DNA of 63,748 bases, filler included, from Octopus bimaculoides (lineage: Eukaryota), in the NCBI RefSeq assembly GCF_001194135.2. It is 5 parts of 4 records of this genome, joined end to end, with 100 filler letters (N's around TTAATTAATTAA, not from the genome) between each part and the next. Parts side by side here need not be neighbours in the genome. Positions count along the whole stretch, not along the records: positions 27,042 to 48,726 come from NC_068992.1; 4 more parts are not named here. The stretch is one strand, 5' to 3'. The notes beneath the pieces were generated by a model. That model searched no databases. It was not told the DNA's origin and was given only the letters and a program-made list of their open reading frames with translations. Shown here in pieces: positions 27,560 through 40,270 of the stretch (position 1 is its first letter; the number at the start of each line of letters is the position of its first letter). Position numbers and translations under genes: made by a program.

Positions 27560-27827
27560 TTGGAATGAAACCCCTACAGACCAAGGGTGATATGATGCTG
27601 AAACTGTGAGGTTGACAGGGCCATAAAAGAGAAGTGATGGGTTTGGAAAGAGTGGAAAAGTAGGGGTAGCAAAGACTCATATCAGATAGCTAAAAGAGAA
27701 GCTAAGATGAAGTTTATCTCGGTGGAGCAAAAACAGAAAAGAAGAGGTTTGTCAATGTCCTACAACATTGAGATCAAAGACTTGAGATGTTCCAGGTTGC
27801 TAGACAGTATGTCAGAGAGAATCGTAT
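27560..27827 (+). mobile_element. RTE LINE ORF fragment
   Basis: Translates to YQIAKREAK...QRLEMFQVARQYVRENR, which resembles the RTE linker region just upstream of the remnant at 52250. Confidence 0.55.
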
Positions 27828-27864
27828 TCTTTCTGTTGAAGAGCGTAGCTTGAAACATTAAAGA
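27828..27864 (+). ncRNA. Degenerate minimal hammerhead motif (same family as 17571)
   Basis: TCTTT [CTGTTGA] A GAGC-GTA-GCTT [GAAA] CA [TT] AAAGA; perfect 5-bp helix I, A6U core change, CpG-type decay. Confidence 0.55.
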
Positions 27865-27960
27865 CTTTCTGTATTCCCAAGTGTCAAACTAATACATCCT
27901 TTTGTTGTTTACACCACCTGTCCTCGTCTGTTGTTTGTTTTTTTTCATACATTCTCCCAT

Positions 27961-28034
<74 letters not shown>

Positions 28035-29110
28035 ATATATATTAGATTTGGATCATAATTTTGATCAGTATTTATTCTATATAAATGTGAATAATATCTA
28101 TGTTTAACATGTTAAACTGCTAACATAAAGTTGCTTTTCCTTATTTTCTTCTTCTCCTTCAGTTTTATCAACACTTATATGATATCCCATAAATAATAAT
28201 AGGTCTTCAAATGGAGTTCTATATGACATATCAACAATTGTGTGAGATGTATTGTTCTAGCTTCCTTTACCACCACCAAAGTGTTCTAACAGTAAGTATT
28301 TGATGAATAGGCAAACCAATATCTTTATATCTCTAGCTCTGTTAATTCTATTCATTTGGGAAATATATAATTATCAATCAATATATTTAAGTATCGTTAT
28401 GAAGGTGTGTTTATGATAACATTTATCGACATGTAGAAATACTTGAAAGTTCTAAATTAAAATCATTAAATATGTATACATCTGGGATTATCTATTATGC
28501 ATTATTTAAGGAATGCATATGAAAAATATTTTTCTCTCCTTAAATTGAATGAATGATTGTGTCATACATTGTATTAAATTTGCCTTTTAATCAAATCAAT
28601 TTAATTATAATGCTGTTACATATTAATTAGTATATGTTTCATAATTTTTCTTCAGTCATTCATCATCTTTATTACTAAATACAAAGCATCATTAGCTTGC
28701 TAATTGAAGATGTATAATACCATCTTCAGATCCTAATTTCAAGTATTTAATAAACATTTACTAATTTTATACCATCAGAAGTGCACCAGTTAACTACCAT
28801 TTTCTGTTAGAACAACTTTGAGCTACAATATATTACAAGGAGCAAAGACATTGTTATTGTTGTTGTTGTCATTGTCGTCGTTATCATCGTCATCATCATC
28901 ATCATCATCCTGCCTCCCTCTTCCTTTTCTTCCCTCCTCTTTCTCCTCTCTTTTTCCCCTCCTACTCTACTTCCTATTTTCTTTCCTCACTCCACATCCC
29001 TCTTCCCCTCCTCTCTCTCTCCCTCTCACCCTCTCCTATTTTTGACCTTCACCTCTCTTCTTCCCTCTCCTCCCTCCTCACCATCCTCTTCTGTAAATGT
29101 TCATCTTTCC

Positions 29111-29271
29111 ACCAGTGACGTTGCAACTAATTTCTACAGCTGAATGAACTGGAACAATGTGAAATAAAGTGTCCTGCTCAAGAACATAACGCACAGCCTG
29201 GTCTGGGAATCGAACTCACTACCTCATGCCTGTGAGCCTGATGCTCTAACTCCTGAGCCATGCACCTTCAC
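29111..29271 (-). mobile_element. tRNA-derived SINE (family C) head plus conserved central domain
   Basis: GTGAAGGTGCATGGCTCAGGAGTTAG (A box)...GAGTTCGATTCCC (B box)...GTTCTTGAGCAGGACACTTTATTTCAC. Confidence 0.75.
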
Positions 29272-30238
29272 TCTGTTCAAAGAACTAAGGCAAACATTAC
29301 ATTCATTACCTTACTTGTAAAACAGGTGTGGGTTGATGACAGGAAGAGCATCCAAGCTACAACAAAATTTACCTTATCAAATTTCGTCTGACCCATGCAA
29401 GCATAGGAAAGTGAACGTAAAAACAATAGTAATGGTCATATAGAGACAAAAAAAGTGGGCTTAATGTGCAGATATGTATAGTATATGTTTATCATATAGT
29501 AATAGGTAGTTCATTCATTTCATAGTCTGTAGTCTGGCATATAGTTTTTTTCTTATACATGCGTGTTCTTTTTGTACATACCCCAGTAAAACAGATGTCT
29601 TCTCTCTCATTAATTGATGGTACAGTGAGTAACTACAAAACTATTTAATCTTAAACTAGTCGGTCAAAAGAAACTATTGTATATACGAATATTTATAATC
29701 TCTGAATATAATTTTTTTACAAGAAGCTACATCTTATTTCAGACTTTCTTTATCCAAGAGTAACATTTGATAGTAATTAGGATTTGAAAAAGCAATGGAC
29801 TAGATTTTTCACTGGGTGAACAATTATATAAGAATCTCGGATAACGTTTCTGTTAGTGGCTGATTGGAGAAGAACTTTATGTGTTCGGCAATTTTATGCC
29901 TATATAAACATGTTTAAAACAACAAAACAGACAGAATTCAAATCAATAATTGATTCTTCACCCCCACACCAACCAAAATGCAATAAATTAAGATGAGGCA
30001 TTTAAAAAAAAGCATAAACATATTTACTAACTTCAAGTAAGAAATTGCGATTCCTCTCGTTAGATTAACCTTATGCTTGACCATATATTACTAGGTACAG
30101 TCATGACTGTATGAATATATAAAAATGTGGTTTTGAGTTCTATTTCACAGTGTAGCATGAACTTAGTGACATCTACTATAACTTTGGCCTGATCTGTGTC
30201 TCTGAGTGGAGCAGGTAGATGTAATGTATGTATGTATG

Positions 30239-30269
<31 letters not shown>

Positions 30270-30586
30270 TTATTCAGTTTTATTCAAGATTTCTTATCAA
30301 TAGAGAAAGAGTCAGGTTCTAACCCAGATCCAAAGTTTCTTAATTGGCACCAAGGTAGAGTCAATGATAGTGCACCTGTGCACTAAAAGAGTGTACATGA
30401 AACCAAAACATAAGAACCAATACACATTATATGCTATTTGTGTGAAGAATTCTAAATGTTGAATTTTACTCTTTACTCATCTGAAGAAAATGTTTCTTTT
30501 ACATGAATTAATTTTTGTTCATCAATAATGAACATATCTGAAACAGCTGTAGTGAAACTCAGCCTATCTGTTTTATATATATGTGC

Positions 30587-30633
<47 letters not shown>

Positions 30634-30636
30634 TGT

Positions 30637-30727
30637 GCATATTCTAAAATTGGAATGATACAGAGAAGATTAGCGTGGCCCCTGCACAAGGATGACACGC
30701 AAATTCGTGAAGCGTTCCATATTTTTT
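30637..30727 (+). pseudogene. U6: U6 snRNA copy lacking an intact 5' stem-loop
   Basis: CATATTCTAAAATTGGAATGATACAGAGAAGATTAGCGTGGCCCCTGCACAAGGATGACACGCAAATTCGTGAAGCGTTCCATATTTTTT; about 4 substitutions vs canonical metazoan U6 as I recall it; ACAGAGA box and AGC triad intact; (TG)n replaces the 5' stem. Confidence 0.95.
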
Positions 30728-31280
30728 AGGCACAGGAGTTGCTGTGTGGTAAGTAGCTTGCGTACCAACCACATGGTTCTGGGTTCAGTCCCACTGCATG
30801 GCACCTTGGGCAAATGTCTTCTACTATAGCCTCGGGCCGACCAAAGCCTTGTGAGTGGATTTGGTAGACGGAAACTGAAAGAACCCCGTCGTGTATATAT
30901 ATATATATATNNNNNNNNNNNNNNNNNNNNNNNNNNNNNNNNNNNNNNNNNNNNNNNNNNNNNNNNNNNNNNNNNNNNNNNNNNNNNNNNNNNNNNNNNN
31001 NNNNNNNNNNNNNNNNNNNNNNNNNNNNNNGTATATATATGTATATATATATATATGTATGTGTGTGTGTATGTTTGTGTGTCTGTGTTTCTCCCTCTAG
31101 CATTGCTTGACAACCGATGCTGGTGTGTTTCTGGCCCCGTCACTTAGCAGTTCGGCAAAAAGTGACCGATAGAATAAGTACTAGGCTTACTAAAGAATAA
31201 GTCCCCCGGGGTCAATTTGCTTGACTAAAGGTGGTGCTCCAGCATGGCCACAGTCAAATGACTGAAACAAGTAAAAGAGT
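30728..31280 (+). mobile_element. Full-length SINE family A fused to the U6 3' end
   Basis: tRNA-like head AGGCACAGGAGTTGCTGTGTGGTAAG...GGGTTCAGTCCC, central domain, internal (TA)/(TG) microsatellite with a gap, then the common tail ending AAGTAAAAGAGT. Confidence 0.9.
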
Positions 31281-32374
31281 ATTGATTTAGTACCTAAAGA
31301 AAAAGTACTGTACACAATAATGCATGTAGTAGAGTTTATTTGTTTGTAGCTGATGTCTCACTCTGTTGCTAATCCAATATTTTGCGATGAACGAAACTTT
31401 GCATGACTGAAGGAATACACATATCAAGAAACACTGATTTGTAGCTAAACATAAAAATCTCAACATTGTCTCCTCTTCTTTTCATCTCTGCAGTTCTAAT
31501 AAAATAATTAACTGTACATCAACTGTTGATGATATTTTCATTACGGAAATTATGTCAATGTACCCAATCAAATAATGAAATCAATATGGTTATCTCCAAT
31601 AACTTATTTCAAGTTTGAATATTGATTACTGATATAAAACTATGGTTACTCAACGATTAGTAGTTGAGTAAATATTCAGATGAACATTACCATTCCATTT
31701 GAAACCAAATTTTAGCAGTTATACATTCCTACATATATCTTTGATCATTTGATACTTCAGGTTGGTAACAAAAATATAAAACCCGTATAAACTATTAGAA
31801 TTATATGTTTGTAGTATTTTTCTTCAGCAATTAATTCTGTTATCATTCATACTGTGATTGAGTTGAGCGTTATCTAATACATTATTATGTAGGTCATTAT
31901 CTCATGATACCTGATTCTAATTTATTTTACCTGTGATTTATAATATACATTATCTATTGATCTTATTACATCTCATCAGATTAAAAGAAAAATTAGGAAA
32001 TACTGGTCATGATAGTTATAGAATCATATGATAGGCGGTTCCATCATATGTACGAAAGCTGTTAGCTTGCATTACATACTATAGCCATGAAACAACCAAT
32101 AGCTAGTTGACAGTGAAACTGGTAGATAGAAGAAGCTTTATTCTCTCACTCTCTCTCACACACACATACATATATACATATATTTACATGTATATATATA
32201 CAAAATTACAAATTAAAAGGGTAAAGGATTATCAATTTATTAATTAATAAATCAATTAATAATTAATAATTTTTACCAAGCCCATCGGTATGAAAGCACC
32301 ATTATTGGTGGAGAACTTATTCAAAAGTTCATATATTTATACATATAATTAAGGGATCAGCAAAATATTTGCTT

Positions 32375-32437
<63 letters not shown>

Positions 32438-32539
32438 ATTTGATTTTTACTTGATTGGTGTTGCTTAATTAAAATATCAAATATGTCCTCAAATACCTCT
32501 TGTACCCTATATATAGACATACACACACAGATATATATA

Positions 32540-32790
32540 TGTGTGTGTATCATTATCATTATCGTCATTGTCATTTAATGTCCGCTTTCCATGCTGGCAT
32601 GGGTTGGATAGTTTCTCTGACGACTGGCAAGCCAGGAGGCTGCACCAGGCTCCAATCTGACTTGGCAAAGTTTCTACAGCTGGATGCCCTTCCTAACGCC
32701 AACCACATCGAGAACGTAGAGGGTATTTTTTTACGTGCCACTGGTATGGGAGCCAGTCAGGCAGCATTGGCATCGACCACGTTTGAATGG
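32540..32790 (-). mobile_element. LINE-derived/SINE 3' tail family ending in (GAT)n-like repeats
   Basis: GAAGGGCATCCAGCTGTAGAAAC...CCAACCCATGCCAGCATGGAAAGCGGAC; homologues at about 29325-29430, 33130-33246, 36990-37160 and 46085-46190. Confidence 0.75.
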
Positions 32791-32799
32791 TGCTTTTTA

Positions 32800-32852
<53 letters not shown>

Positions 32853-32942
32853 ATACATGTGTGTGCATGCTTGAGTTTATTTGTGTGAGTGACTTTATAT
32901 TTCCCTTATTTTCATGTGTATTTTCTGACTATAAACAACTAC

Positions 32943-33026
32943 CTTGTTATCCATGCTGGCGATGTCTTCTTGCAATCGATCAAAGCATATCAAGGATTCT
33001 TGAAATGCCTTGATGTGTTGTAGAAT
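32943..33026 (-). CDS. Candidate internal exon (phase 0-0), possibly of the TPR gene
   Basis: ttttgtttacaaag|ILQHIKAFQESLICFDRLQEDIASMDNK|gtagtt; phase fits the 57727 donor and the peptide looks helical, but it lies across a scaffold join. Confidence 0.3.
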
Positions 33027-34635
33027 CTTTGTAAACAAAATCCTTATTCAAAAGTTGTTTGTTTCCAGTTCTCTGCATAAACATGTCTGGGTTTTTCATA
33101 GTTCAGTAGACCAGAGGGTTATCAACTTGCTTGGAAATAGGTGGGTATCAATGTCAGTGAAGACATTCAGCCATTGAAACTCTACTCCAATATACTCTCA
33201 TCCAACCAATATAACCATGGAAAGTATGCACTAAAACAATGATGACAAGCTACTATAGTACATAAGATCTAACTTTTGTTGGCAGAATCATTAGACTTTT
33301 AGAATAAACAACTTGTGTCATTTGTTCTGAGTCATTACATTCTGTGTTCAAAAGTTATTGGGATCACATTTATCTGTTATTCAACCAGGATTGATAAGAT
33401 AAGACACTTGTCAAATATTGGGGATTAATAATATCAACTAACCCCTTACCTGCAAAACTGAAACTGAAGGTATTGTTCCCAAATCAGAAAAAAGAGTCAT
33501 ACATTAGCAGAATCTGTTACCTGGTTCAATACTTCCGATTGAACCCTTGAGAGGCTTTAACAGTGATTCCTCTGTTACAAGCATTTGGATAAGGTTTCTG
33601 CTTCAAGGGTACCTTCCTTTTTCTAGGATTTAAAACCCTGTATTATATCATGAGTCCTGCCTCTCCTCTTAAGTAAATGATAAAAGAAACAAAACAATAA
33701 AAGAACGGAGTCATTTAGCATTATTATTTCTTCATTTACATGTTTTATCTGTAATTGTTGGATTTTGTTATTAATACAGTTGCATCCATATAAATTTATT
33801 CAAAAATATGCTTTTAATGTTGCAACAAATGAGAAAACTATATGGTACAACATGCTCTTTAATATCCTTCATTTCTATAACAATTTCATTCTGTCTTGGA
33901 TAATTATGACTAAATAATATGATAAACTGTCATAAATATTTCCTAATACCATTATCAATTTGTATTATTATTGTCAAAACAATGACCACTCGAATGAAAT
34001 AATGGGTAGAAATGTGTTGGTTAAAAAGGGAAAGTCGTGGCTAATGGCTATTAACAATTAAGATAAAAATTGCAAAAGTTGGGTTAATTATTGCCAAATG
34101 CTAATTTAATTTTGCTGCATGATGGAAAATATTCCAATACATCGGAATAATGATTCCCAATAGTGTTTGTTAGTTAGAATAATTATTGCTTAATGTTGTG
34201 GAAAACTGGAATGATTGAAGGTTTTGCTGAATTTTGTGGTAAATTGAAAGACAAGTGAAGTGTATTGTGATGCTTTATTTCAAAACAATTTCCAGTTGCT
34301 TTGAGCAATGTTTCTTTCTTATTAAGTTTATTTTTTCTGATGATTTCTATCGCTTCATTTTATTTAAACTGTTGTTAAGATGTCTTTCATACTTGTTTAA
34401 TCATCAGTAAATAAGAAAAAGCTAGAAAATGAAATTTTGATATATTAGTTACTTCATATTTGTATTACTTTTATAACGCATTCAAAAACTATATAGTTCA
34501 TATAAAACTACAAGTGGATTTTTTTTTATTTCCCTAAATTCATTTATCAAGCTTTTCAGTGATATTAAACCATTACCTGAATCTGCCTCTAGCCATATGA
34601 TAGAAAATGTTAGTGTATTTTAAAACCCTTTTCTT

Positions 34636-34986
34636 GTTGTTGTTGGCACTCCATCGCTTATGACGTCGAGGGTTCCAGTTGATCTGATCAATGGAACTGC
34701 CTGCTCGTGAAATTAACGTGCAAGTGGCTGAGCACTCCACAGACACGTGTACCCTGTGACAAGGCTGGCCCTTTGAATCACAGGCGCAACAGAAACAGGA
34801 AGTAAGAGTGAGAGAAAGTTGTGGTGGAAGAGTACAGCAGGGTTCGCCACCATCCCTTGCCGGAGCCTCGCCTCGCTTTAGGTGTTTTCGCTCAATAAAC
34901 ACTCACAACGCCCGGTCTGGGAATTGAAACCGCGATCCTATGACCGCGAGTCCGCTGCCCTAACCACTGGGCCATTGCGCCTCCAC
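34636..34986 (-). mobile_element. Young full-length tRNA-derived SINE with 11-bp TSD and (AAC)n tail
   Basis: Head GTGGAGGCGCAATGGCCCAGTGG (A box)...GGTTTCAATTCC (B box); ACCCTTTTCTT duplicated at 34625-34635 and 34987-34997. Confidence 0.9.
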
Positions 34987-35874
34987 ACCCTTTTCTTACA
35001 AACCCATCTAAGATTCTGTGATACAAACTTAATATTTTAAAGGAATCTAAATAATCAAAATTTTCCATCAAGCTTTCATGTTAATTTATGTTCCAAACAC
35101 CAGTTTTATAGCGACAAAATTACTTTATAAATTCTTACTGATTTTCAACATTAATAAGATAGCATATTTCTATAGAAATATTGTAACAAATATGTTAATG
35201 TATAGTCTTATTTTTTTTATATAAGAATCTTTTGTTAAGTTTTACTCTAAATAGAAAAAAAAGCCAATTATTTTACTAAATCCTTACAAAATCTTGATTA
35301 TTTTCAAAATTAATTAAAATACATTTTCTGCATGTTTAATTATAAATACAGTTATGAAAGAATGAGACATGTGTCTTATATAACGGTATGTAAAATGTCT
35401 GCAGTAATAAATTGTCTACTGTTATCTATTCTGGGTAGTGCCTAAGTGTGTCAACTTCAAACTTGTTCAGCAGTCCTTTCATTGAATGGCATATTACAAA
35501 CATCCCTTTCCATGTACTGAATCCATCACCATAAAAAAGCAGGTTACCATATTTCAACGTGTATAAGGAACCCTTTTTGTCAAAAATTAGGTTAAAAAAA
35601 TATGGGTGCTTCTTATACATGGATAATATTATAACCCCTTACAAAACCTTTTTCCAAATTTTAAGCCCCAAAATTAGAGGCTTCCTTATACATGTTAAAA
35701 TACAGTAATTTAATCAAACACCAGCTAATTTTCTTCATTTGTTTATTATCTATGTTTATTATCCATATTTCTTTCTATTATGTGCCTTCTTTTAATAGAT
35801 ATTTTTATGGACTAATACTACCTACCATATTAAATTTCTATGGAAATTCATAACGAAGGCAAGGGTCTAAATAA

Positions 35875-36075
35875 TCTTTTCTACTATAGGTAGAGGGCCA
35901 GAAATATCAGAGGTAGGGGATAATTCATTACATCGACCCCAGTATTTAACTGGTATATGCTTTATTCACCCTGAATGGATGAAAGACAAAGTTGACCTTG
36001 GTGGATTTTGAACTCAGAACATAAAGATGGAAGCAATGCCACTAAGCATTTTGCCTGGCATGCTAATGATTCTGC
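35875..36075 (-). mobile_element. SINE family B, CpG-decayed
   Basis: Homologous to 9295-9506. Confidence 0.75.
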
Positions 36076-36667
36076 ATCCATTATATTTCATTATTTAGAT
36101 CCTTAAGGCGGTGTTAAGCTATTGAAAGTCTAGATTTGAAATAAAGATTCCAGGTTCAAAATCTGCTAAGAAATATATTTAATTTTTTAACATTTCATAA
36201 TAGCCTATTCATCTTCTATGACCTCATCTTTAAAGATCTGAATGGAATCAAAGAGAAGTTGTTCAGTTAAAGAAGAAACATCAAGTTTAGGATTGTGGTA
36301 CTGTGTTTAAAAGAGCTGAAAGTCTAAATTTTGAAATAAGATTCCCAGTTTCAAATCCTGGTTAGAAATACATTTAATCTTAGGAGACTGGAGTACTGGA
36401 GGATAAATGGAATATAAACTAACAGAAACATAGAATAAAGGAGAGAAACAAAGGAAATGAAGTAGTTTAAAAATTTCAAATTATTCTGGTTTTACAAGAC
36501 ACATAGACCGAGTGGTTCAGAAATTTGATTCATAGCCAAAAGTTTCTGGGTTTAATTTGTGTTGTAAATTGGGTAAGGGTCTCCTGTTATAGCATGGGTG
36601 GACTGATGCGTTCTGAGCAAAACTGTGTAAGTAGAAAGTGTATGGAAGCCTGTTGCATATGTATGCA

Positions 36668-36900
36668 TATACAACAGGTGTAGGATTGGTCATGTGCTTA
36701 AGAAGTATGCTTCCCAGCTGCTTTGTTAAAGGTTCAGTCTCAACATGTGGCACCAAGGTTCTGACAGAATCTTGGGTTAAGTAAAGCATTGTTACTGAAT
36801 TTAGTCAATGAAAACTGAAAGAAGCCCATCACATATATATGTATTTGTGTGTGTGTGTGTGTGTGTACTTCCCCATCTTGACACCATGTGAAAATTCTAC
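36668..36900 (+). mobile_element. SINE family A, diverged
   Basis: AGGTGTAGGATTGG...GGTTCAGTCTC...GAAAACTGAAAGAAGCCC then (TA)/(TG); further heads at about 38330-38458 (-), 39360-39470 (+) and 62860-63035 (-). Confidence 0.7.
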
Positions 36901-38093
36901 GCAAGAGTCACTATCACACAAGCTGTGTCATTTCTTTCCAATCTTTCCTAAAAACGTCTGGTCATGGGCAAATATTACCTTACATGGCATCAAATAAGAG
37001 TTGGCATCTTGTTATAAAAAGCCTGCCTCAACAAATTTCCTTTGTTTCACAAAAACATGGAAAAGTGAACATTAAAACGATGACGATGATGAGAATGATA
37101 ATGACAACGATGATGAAGATGATGGCGATGACAATGAAGATGGTGGTGATGATGATGATGATGAGGATGATTTTTTACGGGCATATACATTTACATCTTT
37201 ATCAATGTCAGGGATTATGGTTATTGGTGCAGATTGAAACTAGTGTTGCTTCCCTTTATGTAAAGAAAAAACTATTAACCTCTTAATAAACATCGATCAA
37301 TAGTTATGTACTGTAGCTAATATAATAGACTCAACGCCTTGAAGGTAGTGACCTAGCATAATAACAGTTTAAGGAACGAATATATAGTCCATTGCAGAGA
37401 AGGAAGTTTAAGCATGGATAGAAACAGAAGGTTTTAATATTCTACGTTCTTTTAGGCTTTCATGTATCATAGTAGTTTCAACTGTATTTATGTTGCAAGA
37501 TTCACGAAATCATTATAATTGGCTTTATTTAACAACATTTGTTGCTGGTTTATAAAAGATAAAATTTGTCTAGACATCTTAGTAAATAAATGAATATACA
37601 ATATTTGTTTTAAATTCCAGGTGATACAAGGAATAAAGTGATAAATGAGAAATGGCAAATTAGCAGAATCATATTAGTGTTATTTTAGTGATTTCTGAGA
37701 TACAGAGAACTCTATAAATACATATCCTAATGGAATAACTAAGAATTAATTGGCTAACCAAATGTCAGATTCATTTCTGTTCTATCAGAAAATAATTTTA
37801 TATTCCAATTACATAAGTTTTATATTTTCCTCCTGTCAAATTGTATAATTCTAATTCCCCATATTTCTCCTTCTTTCTTTTTTTCTAAAATTTAAAACAT
37901 CTTGAAACATGTTTGCAGATAGATTCCAGATTAATTCTATTTTATGCCTTATCAAGCAGCACAAGAAATTAAAAGAGATTCGGCACATCTTTCATTACAA
38001 TGAATGCGTACTGCAATGATTAATTACTTTAAAACTTACCGAAATATAAAAAAAGAAATAAGATAAAACAAATTTGCATATTTCTGAAATAAT

Positions 38094-38158
<65 letters not shown>

Positions 38159-39739
38159 TGTTGTTGTTGTTATTGTTCTTGCTTGTGGTTATTGGTGGAA
38201 TTATTTTTAGATTAGTCTGGTAAAGTAGCTTATATATTCAGTGGTGTTACATCCATGAGCTTTACCAGCGATTTTATAAAGCTTGGACTACCTTATCCAA
38301 TACATTTTTCCTTTTTTGAAGAAGCCATATCTACTCACTAGGCTTTGATCTGTCTGGGGCTATAGTACAAAACATTTTCCCAAGTTGTCATACAGTGGAT
38401 TGAACCCAAAACCATATGGTTGGAAAACAAGTTTCTTACCACACATCCATGCTTCAAATGAATTTTCCCACAGACTTCAGAGATTAGAAATGTCTGGTTT
38501 TTCACTGAGCTGATTTTACTTACAACAAACTGGTTTTCCAAGTCCATCCTTTAATTGGTTTCAGATTTTGGCTGTGGAACCTAGTGCAAGTCTTCTGCTT
38601 GCCAGCTCTGGTCAAAGCGTCCAAGTGAAGCCCTCGTAAAAAAATGGATGTTAAAAGAAGATGATGATAATTATGATGAAAGATGATGATACAGCAAGAG
38701 GATTCATTTTGATGCCATCCCCCATCCCTGCTTTGCAGAATTCTTCCAGAAGATTACAATATTGGTGAAATGTTCCCCATATAAAAGTGGAATAAAGTTC
38801 CAAAATTTCCTCTGAAACCAAAGTCTTTTATATTTTGAATGGTCAGTGTATTGAACTTAGATGAGGTATCTAAACTGATGCAGCTATATTATGGAAGAAC
38901 CATTTCTCCATCTAAGAACACACATAAATTATTCTCTTCACTTTTCATTTATTTTGTGAGGTGACAAAATTTTTATCGCGCCACTACTCTAACCTGGTCA
39001 TTCACACAATTCCCTTTTGACATCTTATGAAATAAATGTAAAGTGAATATATATCAGGTTTTGTGTGCTTTTAGGTAGCTAAAATGTCTCTTCTATGATG
39101 TAATTGCTATTTTATATAAATTATGTAGCCATGTGAAAAACGGCTAATAAAACATATTGACACTTAGTTATAGTGAAAGCTTCATAATATGTATAGAATA
39201 TAACACTAATTGAAATGGAAGAGAAATTGAATATCTCAGGTTTGGTTGCCATTGTCTCTACAAATATAAATATATATAACAATGGATGACAAAATCAGGA
39301 GAATGTTGAATAAATACTTTGTAGAATTTGGTTGTGCTCTTTTATGTTCTGATTTAAAGCATTATATTGTAGTTCAGTCCCACTGAGTGACACTGGGGCA
39401 TATATTTTCTAGGTTATGCTCGGGCTGATTGAAAATTATGATAGAAATCAGGTTGACCAAAGCCGTAAATGCCTCCTTAAATGGCATGCACCTGCAATTC
39501 AGGAAATCATTGTATGAAATTCATTCCACAAGTCTTGAGACCCTTTGAGGAGAGGCATTTGTAATTGTCCTGGGTTATTGTAATTTTAGTATATTATTAC
39601 TTTACATCTAATAAGCTGACCTGCCAGCTATTGTTTTTGTTTTCTGATATTCCAGATTGAAGTAGATGGCTGTAAATGCACTTTGAACATACTCTACTAA
39701 GTAGTGCTTCCCACAGATTACTAGTTTGCTGAATGCAGT

Positions 39740-40270
39740 CAGAATATGAAGACAATTTGGAAGCTAGCTATGCAAGAAAGTTTTGTAACAATAAATGTTA
39801 TAGAAACTTATGAAATGCTCAAGACTGCTTATAAATTAACTTGCATGAGCTGACACATCTGTTTTACACTGGCACAAGATGCCAGGCAAACCAAGTCCAC
39901 TTGGGACGTATATGATGATCCCCTTTTCTGACAGCTAAGGTATCATCCACATCTACTGGATTCCCTTTGGTCAGACAGTCAATAAAAAAGTACTTTGTGG
40001 AGGTTTTGAGGGAGTTCAGGAAGAGATTTCCTCAGAAAAGTCCAGAGGGCATCTGCACCAGTCCACAATTCCATCCTGATAACTATTTGACAGAGATGGT
40101 CATCAGAACTGTCCTTCACTCTCCCTACTGTCCAGACCTTGCTCCCTGTGACATTTGATCTGAAGACGATGAAAGAAGCTGTGACAATGGTTCTGGACAA
40201 CTTCCCTTTTGGCGACTTCCGTGGAGACTTCATGAAGTGGTTGGAGCACTACAAGAAGTGCATTGAAATC
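39740..40270 (+). mobile_element. Fragmented mariner transposase remnant
   Basis: YFVEVLREFRKRFPQK and HSPYCPDLAPCD motifs; upstream ETYEMLKTAY HTH piece. Confidence 0.8.

Noticed and set aside
36105-36380. Two tRNA-like direct repeats about 195 bp apart
   Set aside because: No complete cloverleaf; best read as decayed SINE heads, not tRNA genes.
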